Positions 48,605-58,856 of a stretch of DNA of 64,000 nt are shown here, one piece after another. Position 1 is the stretch's first letter, and the number at the start of each line of letters is the position of its first letter. Source of the stretch: Ascidiaceihabitans donghaensis (GTDB lineage: Bacteria > Pseudomonadota > Alphaproteobacteria > Rhodobacterales > Rhodobacteraceae); NCBI RefSeq assembly GCF_900302465.1, contig NZ_OMOR01000001.1, positions 2,696,729 through 2,760,728 of the forward strand, given 5' to 3'. Made by a program: the position numbers and the translations under genes. The notes below the pieces were generated by a model. The model ran no database searches, had not been told where the DNA came from, and saw nothing but the letters and a program-made list of their open reading frames with translations.

Positions 48605-49720
48605 ATGGCAGATGAAGCACCAGACCCAACCCGCGTTCCCGGCGCACCGCATCCGCGCGAAACACAGCTGTTGATCGGTCAGGAACAGGCCGAAGCCGCG
48701 TTTCTGGACGCATTTACATCCGGCAGGTTGCACCATGCGTGGATGTTGACCGGTCCTCGCGGGGTTGGCAAAGCTACTCTGGCGTGGAAAATGGCACAGT
48801 TTTTGTTGGCCACCCCTGATCCAGCTGGCGACGACGACATGTTTGGTGGTCCGCCCGCGCCCACAGCGCTGGATATCTCACCGGATCACCCTGTGGCCCA
48901 CCGCATTGCGGCCGGTGCCGAACCTGGATTGGTGTCTGTCACCCGCACTCCGAACGAGAAAACTGGACGCATGCGCGACAAAATCGGTGTTGATGACATT
49001 CGCAAGCTGGCGGGATTTTTCCAAATGTCGTCTGCCGATGGCGGACGCCGTGTTGTCATTGTGGACGCGGCAGACGACATGAACGTCCAAGCCGCAAATG
49101 CCTTGCTGAAAATGCTGGAAGAGCCACCGGAACGTGCAACCCTAATTTTGATCACGCATCAACCGTCCGGATTGTTGCCTACCATCCGCTCTAGATGCCG
49201 GACGTTGCGCCTGAACACCCTGAACGGGCCACAAATGGAACAGGCGATGCAAAATGCTGGCGTTGATCCCGGCCCCGGCGGGTCCGCGTTGTCGGAATTG
49301 TCTGGTGGCTCGGTCGGGGAAGCTTTGCGCCTTTCGCTTTTGGGTGGGCTGGAAATTTACAACGAAATCATCGGACTGTTGGGCACCTTGCCCCAAATGG
49401 ATCGTGCACGCACCCTGCGTCTGGCCGAAGCAGCAGCCCAACGAGGCGCCGAAGAAAAGTTAGATCTTTTGTTCACCCTTTTGGAAATCGCTTTGTCGCG
49501 ACTGGCACGCACAGGCGCCACCGGTGCGCCCCCCCAAACCGAAGCAGCACGCGGTGAAGCCGAAGTTTTATCGCGGCTGTCCGGATCTGCGCATCAAGGT
49601 CGCGCTTGGGCTGACATCAGCCACTCTGCGTTGGCACGTGCACGCCACGGTCGGGCCGTGAACCTTGACCCCGCTGCTTTGGTTCTAGATACGATGTTCA
49701 AGATACAAAGCACTGCATAG
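48605..49720 (+). CDS. holB: DNA polymerase III subunit delta'
   Basis: AAA+ clamp-loader motifs HAWMLTGPRGVGKATLA, VVIVDAADDM and SRC (TIRSRCRTL). Confidence 0.8.
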   Translation: MADEAPDPTRVPGAPHPRETQLLIGQEQAEAAFLDAFTSGRLHHAWMLTGPRGVGKATLAWKMAQFLLATPDPAGDDDMFGGPPAPTALDISPDHPVAHRIAAGAEPGLVSVTRTPNEKTGRMRDKIGVDDIRKLAGFFQMSSADGGRRVVIVDAADDMNVQAANALLKMLEEPPERATLILITHQPSGLLPTIRSRCRTLRLNTLNGPQMEQAMQNAGVDPGPGGSALSELSGGSVGEALRLSLLGGLEIYNEIIGLLGTLPQMDRARTLRLAEAAAQRGAEEKLDLLFTLLEIALSRLARTGATGAPPQTEAARGEAEVLSRLSGSAHQGRAWADISHSALARARHGRAVNLDPAALVLDTMFKIQSTA

Positions 49721-49731
49721 GCCACGCCTGA

Positions 49732-50520
49732 ATGAGCACCCCCCAAATTACAGACAGTCATTGCCATCTCGATTTCCCCGACTTTGAGGGGCAATTGCAG
49801 CAAATCATAACGGATGCCGCCGCCGCAGGCGTGACCCGCATGGTGACGATCTGCACAAAATTGCGTCTTGAACCGCAGGTGCGCGCCATTGCCGAGGCCC
49901 ACGCGCCTGTCTTCTACGCCGCAGGCACCCACCCGATGAGCGCGGCTTCGGAACCCTTGGTGACCGTGGATGAACTGGTTTCGTTGGCACAGCACCCCAA
50001 GTTTGTGGGCATTGGCGAAACCGGGCTGGATTATCACTACACCGCCGACAGCGCGGACATCCAACAACAGTCTTTGCGCGTCCACATCGAAGCGGCCCGC
50101 GAAACCGGCCTGCCCCTCATCATCCACGCGCGCGCCGCCGATGACGATATGGCGCAAATTCTGGCGCAAGAATACGCAAAAGGCCCCTACAACTGTGTGA
50201 TGCATTGCTTTTCATCGTCCAAAGAACTGGCGATGGCCGCCCTTGATTTGGGGTTCTATTTGTCCATGTCCGGCATCGCGACTTTCCCCAAAAGCCAAGA
50301 GGTGCGCGATATATTCGCAGCCGCGCCTGTCGATCGCATTCTAGTGGAAACCGACGCGCCTTACCTTGCACCGCCACCGTTTCGGGGCAAACGCAACGAA
50401 CCCGCCTATACAGCGCACACGGCACGGGTCGGTGCCGAAATCTTCGGTATGGATTATGCGGAATTCGCGGCACAAACCCAAAAGAACTTCGATGCGCTGT
50501 TCACGAAAGCGGCCTTGTGA
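49732..50520 (+). CDS. tatD: TatD-family metal-dependent hydrolase
   Basis: DSHCHLDF start, GIGETGLDY and LPLIIHAR motifs. Confidence 0.9.
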   Translation: MSTPQITDSHCHLDFPDFEGQLQQIITDAAAAGVTRMVTICTKLRLEPQVRAIAEAHAPVFYAAGTHPMSAASEPLVTVDELVSLAQHPKFVGIGETGLDYHYTADSADIQQQSLRVHIEAARETGLPLIIHARAADDDMAQILAQEYAKGPYNCVMHCFSSSKELAMAALDLGFYLSMSGIATFPKSQEVRDIFAAAPVDRILVETDAPYLAPPPFRGKRNEPAYTAHTARVGAEIFGMDYAEFAAQTQKNFDALFTKAAL

Positions 50521-51320
50521 TGGCAACTCTCAAGATCACCATACTGGGGTGCGGGTCCTCGGGCGGTGTTCCGCGCCTTGGGGGAAATTGGGGGGATTGC
50601 GATCCCGCAAACCAGAAAAACCACCGTCAACGATGTTCTATCCTTGTTGAACGCACGGCAAACGGCGCGACCACAACTGTGTTGATCGACACGTCGCCTG
50701 ACATGCGCACCCAGCTGTTGAACGCAGGCACCAGCCGTATTGATGCGGTGCTATACACCCACAGCCATGCCGATCACGTGCACGGCCTAGACGATTTGCG
50801 CATGATCGCCATCAACATGCGTGCGCGGCTCAAGGTCTGGGCTGATGCCCCCACAAAAGAGGCGCTGCTGGAACGGTTCGGTTACGCGTTTATCACACCG
50901 GAAGGGTCGCCTTATCCGCCCATTCTGGACATGCACGACCTCATCGGCGACGTGACTATCGATGGGCCGGGCGGACAGATCACATTCACCCCCTTCACAG
51001 TGAAACACGGATCCATCGACAGCCTCGGGTTCCGCATCGGCGGCATTGCCTATTTGCCAGACGTCGAAACAATCCCGCTCGATCAATGGCACCATGTGGA
51101 AAATCTGGACTGCTGGATTGTGGACGCTTTGCGCCGCGCGCCGCATCCAAGCCATTCACATCTGGCGCAAACACTGGACTGGATCGCCAAAGCCCAACCG
51201 AAACACGCAGTGCTGACCAACATGCACAACGATCTTGATTATGCGACGGTCGCCGCCGAAACGCCTGAACACATCGACCCCGCATATGACGGCATGACCC
51301 TGACATTCGACATCCCGTAG
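50517..51320 (+). CDS. MBL-fold metallo-hydrolase
   Basis: LGCGSSGGVPR and HSHADHVHG motifs. Start overlaps the tatD stop. Confidence 0.8.
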   Translation: MMATLKITILGCGSSGGVPRLGGNWGDCDPANQKNHRQRCSILVERTANGATTTVLIDTSPDMRTQLLNAGTSRIDAVLYTHSHADHVHGLDDLRMIAINMRARLKVWADAPTKEALLERFGYAFITPEGSPYPPILDMHDLIGDVTIDGPGGQITFTPFTVKHGSIDSLGFRIGGIAYLPDVETIPLDQWHHVENLDCWIVDALRRAPHPSHSHLAQTLDWIAKAQPKHAVLTNMHNDLDYATVAAETPEHIDPAYDGMTLTFDIP

Positions 51321-51386
51321 TTCATCTCGCCAAATAAACCTCCGCCGGAGGCATCCCACGCCCGCCCAAACGAAACGGCCGCTGTC

Positions 51387-52316
51387 ATGCAAGTGCTTCT
51401 CGACGTCATTCTGCCCGTCTTTCTGGTGATCGCCATGGGCTATGTCGCAGTGTGGAAAAACATCTTTCCCGCATCGGGCGTCGATGGGTTGATGAAATTC
51501 ACCCAAGGCTTTGCTATTCCTTGCCTGTTGTTTCAGGCCATCGCAAAAATCGATTTGCAAAGCTCGTTTCAGCCGGGGTTGCTGATCAGCTTTTACAGCG
51601 GCGCCGCCATTTGTTTTGCCCTTGGAATGGCGGGGGCACGGGTCTTGTTTAAGCGCGACTGGGAAGATTGCGTGACGATCGGATTTTGTTGCCTCTTTTC
51701 AAATTCGGTCCTGCTGGGGCTTCCGATCACAGAACGTGCCTATGGCACCGAGGCGCTGACCGGAAACTATGCTATCATCGCCATGCATGCGCCTTTTTGC
51801 TATGGGCTTGGAATCACCGCGATGGAGATCACACGCAATCGAGGTGCGGGGATCATGCGCACAGCCCGCGCCGTGGGGCGGGCCATGTTCCACAACGCGT
51901 TGGTGATCGCGATTGGTGCCGGGTTCGTGGTGAACTTGCTGGATTTCAGCATCCCTTCCGTCGCTGATGATGCGCTGAGTTTGGTGGTGCGTGCGGCTTT
52001 GCCAACGGCGTTGTTTTCACTGGGGGGCGCGTTGCTTCAATACAAACCCGAAGGCGACAAACTGGCGATTGCCATGGTCTGCGTCATTGCGCTGTGCATT
52101 CATCCCGCATTGGTGTTTGGCTTCGGGACTGCTTTGGACGTGCCGCAAGATCTCTTTAAATCGGGCGTACTGACCGCGGCAATGGCACCGGGGGTCAATG
52201 CCTATATCTTTGCCAATATGTACGGGCGCGCGAAACGTGTCGTGGCGTCCAGCGTGTTGATCGCCACGCTGGCGTCCGTTCTAAGCATCTGGTTGTGGTT
52301 GACGGTTCTGGGCTAG
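51387..52316 (+). CDS. AEC-family (auxin efflux carrier-like) transporter
   Basis: ~10 TM helices in two halves; MQVLLDVILPVFLVIAMGY is a typical start. Confidence 0.85.
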   Translation: MQVLLDVILPVFLVIAMGYVAVWKNIFPASGVDGLMKFTQGFAIPCLLFQAIAKIDLQSSFQPGLLISFYSGAAICFALGMAGARVLFKRDWEDCVTIGFCCLFSNSVLLGLPITERAYGTEALTGNYAIIAMHAPFCYGLGITAMEITRNRGAGIMRTARAVGRAMFHNALVIAIGAGFVVNLLDFSIPSVADDALSLVVRAALPTALFSLGGALLQYKPEGDKLAIAMVCVIALCIHPALVFGFGTALDVPQDLFKSGVLTAAMAPGVNAYIFANMYGRAKRVVASSVLIATLASVLSIWLWLTVLG

Positions 52317-53141
52317 ACGTGACCGGTATTCCAGTTCCGCGTTCAGCCCCCCCCCTAACAAAACCAGCCACGCACTGATGTATAACCACATCAACATCGC
52401 AATCACCGCACCGATAGACCCGTAAACCTCGTTGTAGGCTCCGAAGTTGGACAAATAGTACGAAAACCCGGCAGAGGCCGCAGCCCAACAAAAGGTAGAC
52501 ACAACAGCCCCGGGGGTGACCCAGCGATTGATTTTGTGCACACGGTTCGGCCCAAACCGGTAAATCAGCGAAAATCCCGCCAACAGAACGCCCAATGCAA
52601 TGATCCAGCGCGCCGCTTCAATACCCCATGCCGTCAAAGGTCCTAATGGAACAAACTGTAAGGCAATGGGCGCAAAAACCACACATGCGATGGCGATCAC
52701 GGCCACAACGACAAGGGCTACCGTCAGCGTCAATGCGCGCGTGTAATGGGCAAGCCCATCACGATTAGGCACATTGTAGATCGCATTCAGGCCTCGCATC
52801 AAAGCGGCTACACCGGCGCGTGCAGACCAAACGGCCAGCGCCAACGACACGCCAGACGCCCACCCCAATGTCAGCCCGTCCGCCTGCGCCAAGGCATTCA
52901 ACTGCTGATCCAGCAGTGCATAGACATCTGCGGGCAGCATGGCTTGAAATTCAGCCATCTCCAGCGCCACCGCTCCGGGATCTCCAATCACCCCCCAAAG
53001 GGCAATGACCGTAGCCAGCCCCGGAAACACAGCCAAAATCCCATAAAAAGCCACACCGGCCGCAATCAGTCCCAGATTGCGTTCGTCCATAATACGAAAA
53101 ACCCGGTTCAGCGCCGTCCAGCTTGCATTTAATCGGTGCAT
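52281..53141 (-). CDS. YihY/BrkB family inner-membrane protein
   Basis: Six TM helices. LIAAGVAFYGILAVFPGL is typical of YihY (ribonuclease BN-like). 36-bp convergent overlap with the AEC gene. Confidence 0.85.
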   Translation of the reverse strand: MHRLNASWTALNRVFRIMDERNLGLIAAGVAFYGILAVFPGLATVIALWGVIGDPGAVALEMAEFQAMLPADVYALLDQQLNALAQADGLTLGWASGVSLALAVWSARAGVAALMRGLNAIYNVPNRDGLAHYTRALTLTVALVVVAVIAIACVVFAPIALQFVPLGPLTAWGIEAARWIIALGVLLAGFSLIYRFGPNRVHKINRWVTPGAVVSTFCWAAASAGFSYYLSNFGAYNEVYGSIGAVIAMLMWLYISAWLVLLGGGLNAELEYRSRLAQNRQPQPDA

Positions 53142-53175
53142 TCCAGTGCCTCACTTATGTCTGCGACCGCGCGGC

Positions 53176-55413
53176 CTACCCTTGTTCCGCCAACCATTTC
53201 ATAATGGCAGGGCGCACCGACATCTCACCGCGGTGGCGCGCATCCATGATCACCTTACGCACCTCTTCCAGATTTGACCGCCGCAAAAGGCTTTTCACCG
53301 GACCAATAGATGCAGGGCGCATGGACAAGCTGCGCAAACCAATGGCGGCCAGACATAAAGCTTCGACAGGGCGCCCCGCATCTTCGCCACAAAAAGACAA
53401 AGGTGTGCCGGTGTCTGCGCAGCGTTCCACGATCTGTTCCAGAAAGCTCAGGAAGCTAACGTTCAGGGAATCATACCGCTTGCGCACCCGTTCGTTTTCG
53501 CGGTCAGCAGCAAAGAAAAACTGCTTTAAGTCGTTGCCCCCAATGGACAAAAACCCGACATCTTCAAAGAACTGCCTTGGTGCGAACCCCAAAGACGGGG
53601 TCTCAAGCATGGCCCCCACTTCGATATCGTCAGGAATGACATGGCCCAGGCGCGTCTCACGGGCGATGGCCTTATCCAAGGCTGCCCGAGCTTGGCGATA
53701 TTCTTCATATTGCGCCACAAAGGGAAACATCAACGTCAAAGGACGCCCTTGCGCCGCGCGGATCAACGCCTGCAGCTGCATTTGCATCACACCGGGTTTA
53801 TCAAGGCCCACACGGATAGCGCGCCACCCCAAAGCCGGGTTGGGTTCGTCCGTGGGCTTCATATAAGGCAATACTTTGTCTGACCCGATATCCAGCGTGC
53901 GAAACACCACGCGTTTTCCTTGGGCCGCATCCAGAACACGCGTGTAAAGCGCACTTAACTCGGACCGTCGCGGCATCTGGTTGCGCACCAAAAACTGCAA
54001 TTCGGTGCGAAACAGACCTACGCCTTCTGCGCCGGAGCTTTCCAAAGACGGCAAATCCGCCATCAGGCCAGCGTTCATATGCAATTCAACGATCTGACCA
54101 CATTCAGTCAGCGCAGGCTTGTCCTGAATAGATGCGTAGCGTTTCAACGCTTCGGTCTGCATCGCCATTTTGTCACGGAACGCCGTCACAACAGTATCGT
54201 CCGGGCGCAAATGTACGATGCCCTGTTCGCCGTCCACCATCACATGGTCGCCATTCAGCGCCTCGTTGGTGACGCGCGCCGTCTGCACGATTAAGGGAAT
54301 GGCCAACGCACGGGCGACGATGGCCGCATGCGATCCCACAGAGCCACCTTCAAGGATAATTCCCTTCAGGTTACGCCCGTATTCCAACAATTCAGCCGGA
54401 CCAATATTGCGTGCCACAAGGATCGGGTCAGGTGGCATTTCTGCGCCTGTATCGGCCCCCTGCCCGGTCAGAATGCGCAGCATCCTGTTGGACAGGTCAT
54501 CAAGATCGCTCAGACGTTCGCGCAGGTAATTGTCCGCCACGCTTTCCATCCGCGCACGCGCAATAGATTGTTCTTTTTCCACCGCCGCCTCGGCGCTCAG
54601 ACCGTTGCTGATGGCCTCTTGCATGCGCCGCATCCAGCCCTTGGAATTGGCAAACATCCGATACGCTTCAAGGACTTGGCGTTGTTCCGCATCGCGCGAC
54701 ATCTGCAGCATTTTGTCGACGCCGACGCGAACTTCTTCCACGGCTTCTTCCAGCCGCTCAAGTTCTCGGTGGGGATCGTCGGCGATGGGATTTGATACAA
54801 CAACCCGCGGCTCATGAAGCCAGATGTGCCCTTCCGCCACGCCTTCCTGCGCCACGGTGCCGCGCAACATCGAGGGTTGGGAATGGCGCGCCGACATCGC
54901 AGCACCTTCGCCAACAAACGCGCCAAGTTCCGTCATCTCTGCCAGAACCATTGCGACAACTTCCAATGCGTAAACCGCATCGGTCGAAAACTCGCGGGCC
55001 TCTTTGGACTGCACCACCAAAACACCCATGGATTCGCCAAGACGCTGGATCGGCACCCCCAGAAACGATGAAAACACCTCTTCTCCGGTTTCCGGCATAA
55101 AACGGAAGCCTTTGGCATTGGGAGCATCAGCGGTGTTGATCACATGACGGCGCTTTGCCACACGGCCGACAAGGCCTTCGCCCATCTTCATGCGGGTTTG
55201 GTGCACAGCCTCTGCGTTCAGGCCTTCGGTGGCGCAAAGTTCAAGGGTGTCTTCGTCGCGAAACAGATAGATGGAACACACTTCAGTGCGAATACTGTCA
55301 GCAATCAGATGGGTGATTTTGTCCAAACGGGCTTGGCCCGGGTCATCCCCGGCCATCACATCGCGCAAGCGGCCAAGCAGCTTGCGGCTTTCGGTTTCAA
55401 AACGCTCGGCCAT
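53176..55413 (-). CDS. ptsP: Phosphoenolpyruvate-protein phosphotransferase PtsP (EI-Ntr, GAF + EI domains)
   Basis: N-terminal GAF domain followed by EI PEP-utilizing domains (GGSVGSHAAIVARAL, GLFRTE, SIGGNDL). Confidence 0.9.
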   Translation of the reverse strand: MAERFETESRKLLGRLRDVMAGDDPGQARLDKITHLIADSIRTEVCSIYLFRDEDTLELCATEGLNAEAVHQTRMKMGEGLVGRVAKRRHVINTADAPNAKGFRFMPETGEEVFSSFLGVPIQRLGESMGVLVVQSKEAREFSTDAVYALEVVAMVLAEMTELGAFVGEGAAMSARHSQPSMLRGTVAQEGVAEGHIWLHEPRVVVSNPIADDPHRELERLEEAVEEVRVGVDKMLQMSRDAEQRQVLEAYRMFANSKGWMRRMQEAISNGLSAEAAVEKEQSIARARMESVADNYLRERLSDLDDLSNRMLRILTGQGADTGAEMPPDPILVARNIGPAELLEYGRNLKGIILEGGSVGSHAAIVARALAIPLIVQTARVTNEALNGDHVMVDGEQGIVHLRPDDTVVTAFRDKMAMQTEALKRYASIQDKPALTECGQIVELHMNAGLMADLPSLESSGAEGVGLFRTELQFLVRNQMPRRSELSALYTRVLDAAQGKRVVFRTLDIGSDKVLPYMKPTDEPNPALGWRAIRVGLDKPGVMQMQLQALIRAAQGRPLTLMFPFVAQYEEYRQARAALDKAIARETRLGHVIPDDIEVGAMLETPSLGFAPRQFFEDVGFLSIGGNDLKQFFFAADRENERVRKRYDSLNVSFLSFLEQIVERCADTGTPLSFCGEDAGRPVEALCLAAIGLRSLSMRPASIGPVKSLLRRSNLEEVRKVIMDARHRGEMSVRPAIMKWLAEQG

Positions 55414-55496
55414 ACTGGCGCGGCTCCCCCTGATATACCCTCGTGATTAGATCACGAATGCAACGGAAACAAAACGCGTTAAAGACAAACTTAGGG

Positions 55497-56735
55497 TTAT
55501 GCGGCTTTGTCCAATTCAAAGGCATCATGCAAAGCTTGAACCGCCAACTCCATATATTTGCGATCTATCAAAACGCTGATCTTGATTTCGGATGTGGTGA
55601 TCACCTTGATGTTGATGCCTTCGGCGCTAAGCACCTGGAACATCTTCGCGGCCACACCGGTATGGGACCGCATGCCAATGCCAACCACAGAGACTTTGGC
55701 GACATCAACGTCCGCAATAAGTTCAGCGAAGTTGATGGTGCCAGCACCTTTGGCCTCGTCCATCGCAGCCTCGGCGCGCGCTACCTGATCGGTGGGGCAG
55801 CTGAAGGTCATGTCGGTGCGACCTTCTTCGGAAATGTTCTGCACGATCATATCGACGTTGACGCCTGCATCTGACAATGCCGTGAAAATCAAAGCGGCGA
55901 TACCGGGACGATCTGCCACCGACACCAAGGTCATTTTTGCCTCATCGCGGCTAAACGCGACCCCTGCCACAACATTGCTTTCCATGATTTCCTCCTCATC
56001 GCAGACCAGCGTTCCAGCTTCGTCCGATTGTTCTTCAAAACTGCTGAGTACACGCAGTTTCACCTTATATCGCATCGCCAGTTCAACAGAACGGGTTTGC
56101 AAAACCTTTGCACCCAAAGACGCAAGTTCCAACATCTCTTCAAAAGCGATGCGGTCCAGTTTGCGGGCTTTGCTTTCGACGCGGGGGTCTGTGGTGTAAA
56201 CACCATCGACGTCAGTATAAATGTCACACCGTTCGGCCTCAAAGGCCGCGGCAAAGGCCACAGCTGTGGTATCCGATCCGCCCCGCCCCAATGTGGTGAT
56301 GCGGCCCTCGGGTGAGACACCCTGAAAGCCTGCGACCACGGCAACCTTCATACCGGCACCAAAGCTGGCCATGATATTGTCGGAAGGGATCGCTTCAATG
56401 CGGGCGGACGCATGCGCAGAGGTGGTTTGCACTGGCACTTGCCAGCCCTGCCAGGACCGCGCCGGTACTTGCATCTCTTGCAATGTCAGCGCCATCAAAC
56501 CTGCAGTGACATTTTCACCCGATGATACAACCGCATCATATTCGCGTGCATCATACATCGGTGAGGTTTCATTGACCCAGCCAACCAGTTCATTGGTTTT
56601 GCCGGACATGGCCGATACGATGACAATAACGTCGTACCCTTTGGACACTTCAACGCCCACGCGCTTAGCCGCGCGGCGAATTCGGTCCAACGTGGCGACG
56701 GATGTGCCACCAAATTTCATCACAAGAACAGGCAT
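55497..56735 (-). CDS. lysC: Aspartate kinase
   Basis: VMKFGGTSVA start and C-terminal ACT domains. 412 aa from the ATG at 56735. Confidence 0.9.
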   Translation of the reverse strand: MPVLVMKFGGTSVATLDRIRRAAKRVGVEVSKGYDVIVIVSAMSGKTNELVGWVNETSPMYDAREYDAVVSSGENVTAGLMALTLQEMQVPARSWQGWQVPVQTTSAHASARIEAIPSDNIMASFGAGMKVAVVAGFQGVSPEGRITTLGRGGSDTTAVAFAAAFEAERCDIYTDVDGVYTTDPRVESKARKLDRIAFEEMLELASLGAKVLQTRSVELAMRYKVKLRVLSSFEEQSDEAGTLVCDEEEIMESNVVAGVAFSRDEAKMTLVSVADRPGIAALIFTALSDAGVNVDMIVQNISEEGRTDMTFSCPTDQVARAEAAMDEAKGAGTINFAELIADVDVAKVSVVGIGMRSHTGVAAKMFQVLSAEGINIKVITTSEIKISVLIDRKYMELAVQALHDAFELDKAA

Positions 56736-56947
56736 AGATCCCCCGCGTCGCTTACCGCAAAGGGCTTTACGCACAGATTGGCGCAATCGCAAGGCAGACC
56801 AGAGCTATCTTGACCAAAAACACGCGCAAACATGGGCAGACAACGCCCAAAAGCGCAAATGCCGCAGGGATTTGCAAAACATCACGCGCAGGCGCAGGCC
56901 TGCACAATGGGTTCACGACGCGGTTGCCAGCTTAATGGATTTCGGCC

Positions 56948-57592
56948 CTAATAGGCATGGGCGCGGCCGTCCCAGGTCTCAAAGCACCCTGTTGTGGCCA
57001 TGCCCAGCGCATCAAAACGCAAGGCAAGGCCCTGCACAGACGCATCAACCGTGATGTCGCCTTCTGCCCCACCCATGTCAGTTTGCACCCAACCGGGGTG
57101 ATAAATGCCGACGGCGATACCTTCAGACGCCAAATCAGTTGATAAATTACGCCCCAAATTCAACACCGCAGCTTTAGACGCGCGGTAGATATAGGACCCA
57201 CCTGGGGCACGTGTGTGGGATGCCATCTGCGACGAAATGATTGCGATCTTGGGGGCATCAGCCAAACGCAGCATCGGTAACATATGCTGCACACTTAAAA
57301 AGACACCGGTGACATTGGCCGCAAAACTTGCGGCCCACATATCTGCACTGTACCCGCCGTCCAGTGTCTCTGTTTTGTCCAGATAAACACCCGCATTGCA
57401 CACCAATAAATCAATCGGTTCACCAGCCAAAGCATCTGCCATAGCGACGTGATCCGAAGGGCGGGTCACATCCAGTTGCACATCAGACGCAACAGACCGG
57501 CCTGTTCCCGTCACTTTATGTCCCGCGTCCGCATAGAGCGCCGCCAGTCCTGCACCAATTCCACGGGATGCCCCGGTTATCACAACATGCAT
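56948..57592 (-). CDS. SDR-family short-chain dehydrogenase/reductase
   Basis: ITGASRGIG cofactor motif and YRASKAA catalytic motif. Confidence 0.8.
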   Translation of the reverse strand: MHVVITGASRGIGAGLAALYADAGHKVTGTGRSVASDVQLDVTRPSDHVAMADALAGEPIDLLVCNAGVYLDKTETLDGGYSADMWAASFAANVTGVFLSVQHMLPMLRLADAPKIAIISSQMASHTRAPGGSYIYRASKAAVLNLGRNLSTDLASEGIAVGIYHPGWVQTDMGGAEGDITVDASVQGLALRFDALGMATTGCFETWDGRAHAY

Positions 57593-57630
57593 GTGGTCTT
57601 CCAATCCTGTCAGATTTTTTGTTTGAACGC

Positions 57631-58092
57631 TCAGTTCGCTTTTGCTTTGGGCATAAACGGCAATGGCACAACCGGCACACCGTCCTCGATCAAGGCTTTG
57701 GCTTCTTCGGCGTTGGCAGATCCGTAAATGGACCGCTCTGGCGCATCACCAAGATGCATATCGCGGGCTTCTTTTGTGAAATTTGCACCCACATAGTCAG
57801 AGTTTTCCTCGACATGTTGGCGCATCTTGGCCAGCACGGCTTCCGCCTCGGACTGCGGCGCATTCAATGCAACGCTTGTGCCGGACTCCTTGGGTTGGCC
57901 CTGCGTATCTGCGCTTGCGGCAGAGCGGGCCGGACGCACACGCGGCGCCATTATGGCTTTTGAAACTGCGCTGCTGCCACATTGCACACACCCGATATGC
58001 CCCGCCCCCGCCAGCTTGTCAAAAGCGGCCGCGGACTGGAACCAGCTTTCGAAGGCATGGCCGTTGTCGCATTTCAAAGTGTATTTTATCAT
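57631..58092 (-). CDS. DUF1178-family zinc-ribbon protein
   Basis: MIKYTLKCDNGHAFESWFQSAAAFDK...GHIGCVQCGS, a DUF1178 signature with paired Cys. Confidence 0.65.
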   Translation of the reverse strand: MIKYTLKCDNGHAFESWFQSAAAFDKLAGAGHIGCVQCGSSAVSKAIMAPRVRPARSAASADTQGQPKESGTSVALNAPQSEAEAVLAKMRQHVEENSDYVGANFTKEARDMHLGDAPERSIYGSANAEEAKALIEDGVPVVPLPFMPKAKAN

Positions 58093-58183
58093 CGCGGTGT
58101 TGTTGTCCTGTATTTATCCAACAAACATAAGCCAGCCAAAGCCAAAGACCAAGCGTACCGTTGAAAAACCAGGTCCAAGCAGA

Positions 58184-58660
58184 TCACAACACAGGCGCAA
58201 AATCGCGGATGATGCGCGCAAGTTCAGGTTCAGCCACCATTTTGGCCGCGCGCTTGCGACTGACCCATTTGCGTTTGCGCTGTCCTGCTTCGGGGTAGGT
58301 TTTCGTGTGCTTTTTGACGCGCAGCGGATAGACCACTGCAAGGCACGGCAAATCGCCCAAGTCGTCTTTCATCTTCTTGTAGGAATACAGGCCCAAAGGG
58401 GTCTGCCCGACCTTTCCTTCGACACCAGCTTCTTCCCAAGCTTCTTGCGCCGCCGCTTGCGCCGGCGTTTTTCCGTCCATGGGCCAGCCTTTTGGTATAA
58501 TCCAACGCTTGGACCGCCGCGATGTGATCACCATGATTTGCACTTTGCCGTTCACAATCCGGTAACACAAAGCTGCAAATTGCGTCCGCATTTCGCCTTT
58601 GGTGCTTTTGTCCACCGATATTGGCAGCTGTTTGATCATGGGTGCAGACATCGCAAGCAA
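58184..58660 (-). CDS. NUDIX hydrolase
   Basis: Nudix box GKTPAQAAAQEAWEEAGVEG. Confidence 0.8.
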   Translation of the reverse strand: MLAMSAPMIKQLPISVDKSTKGEMRTQFAALCYRIVNGKVQIMVITSRRSKRWIIPKGWPMDGKTPAQAAAQEAWEEAGVEGKVGQTPLGLYSYKKMKDDLGDLPCLAVVYPLRVKKHTKTYPEAGQRKRKWVSRKRAAKMVAEPELARIIRDFAPVL

Positions 58661-58769
58661 GCATTCTTTACAGATCTAAAGGTGATTTACGCCCATCATC
58701 AAGGGCGCACGGCGTGAGGTTTCGTGCCGCAAAATAGGGTAAATGCCAATGGCTTGCCAGTGCATGGTT

Positions 58770-58785
58770 AAAATAATGTTATTTT
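58770..58785. promoter_or_regulatory. AT-rich palindrome AAAATAA-tg-TTATTTT upstream of modA (candidate ModE/Mo-box-like operator)
   Basis: Perfect 7-bp arms with a 2-nt spacer, ~70 nt upstream of the modA start. Mo-box operators of ModE-type regulators are AT-rich dyads. Confidence 0.4.
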
Positions 58786-58856
58786 CCAGACAGTTGAGGC
58801 GACACGTGACACAGAAGGCCTTGCAGCTTTCGTAGGGCTCATGAATAGTCTGCGCC

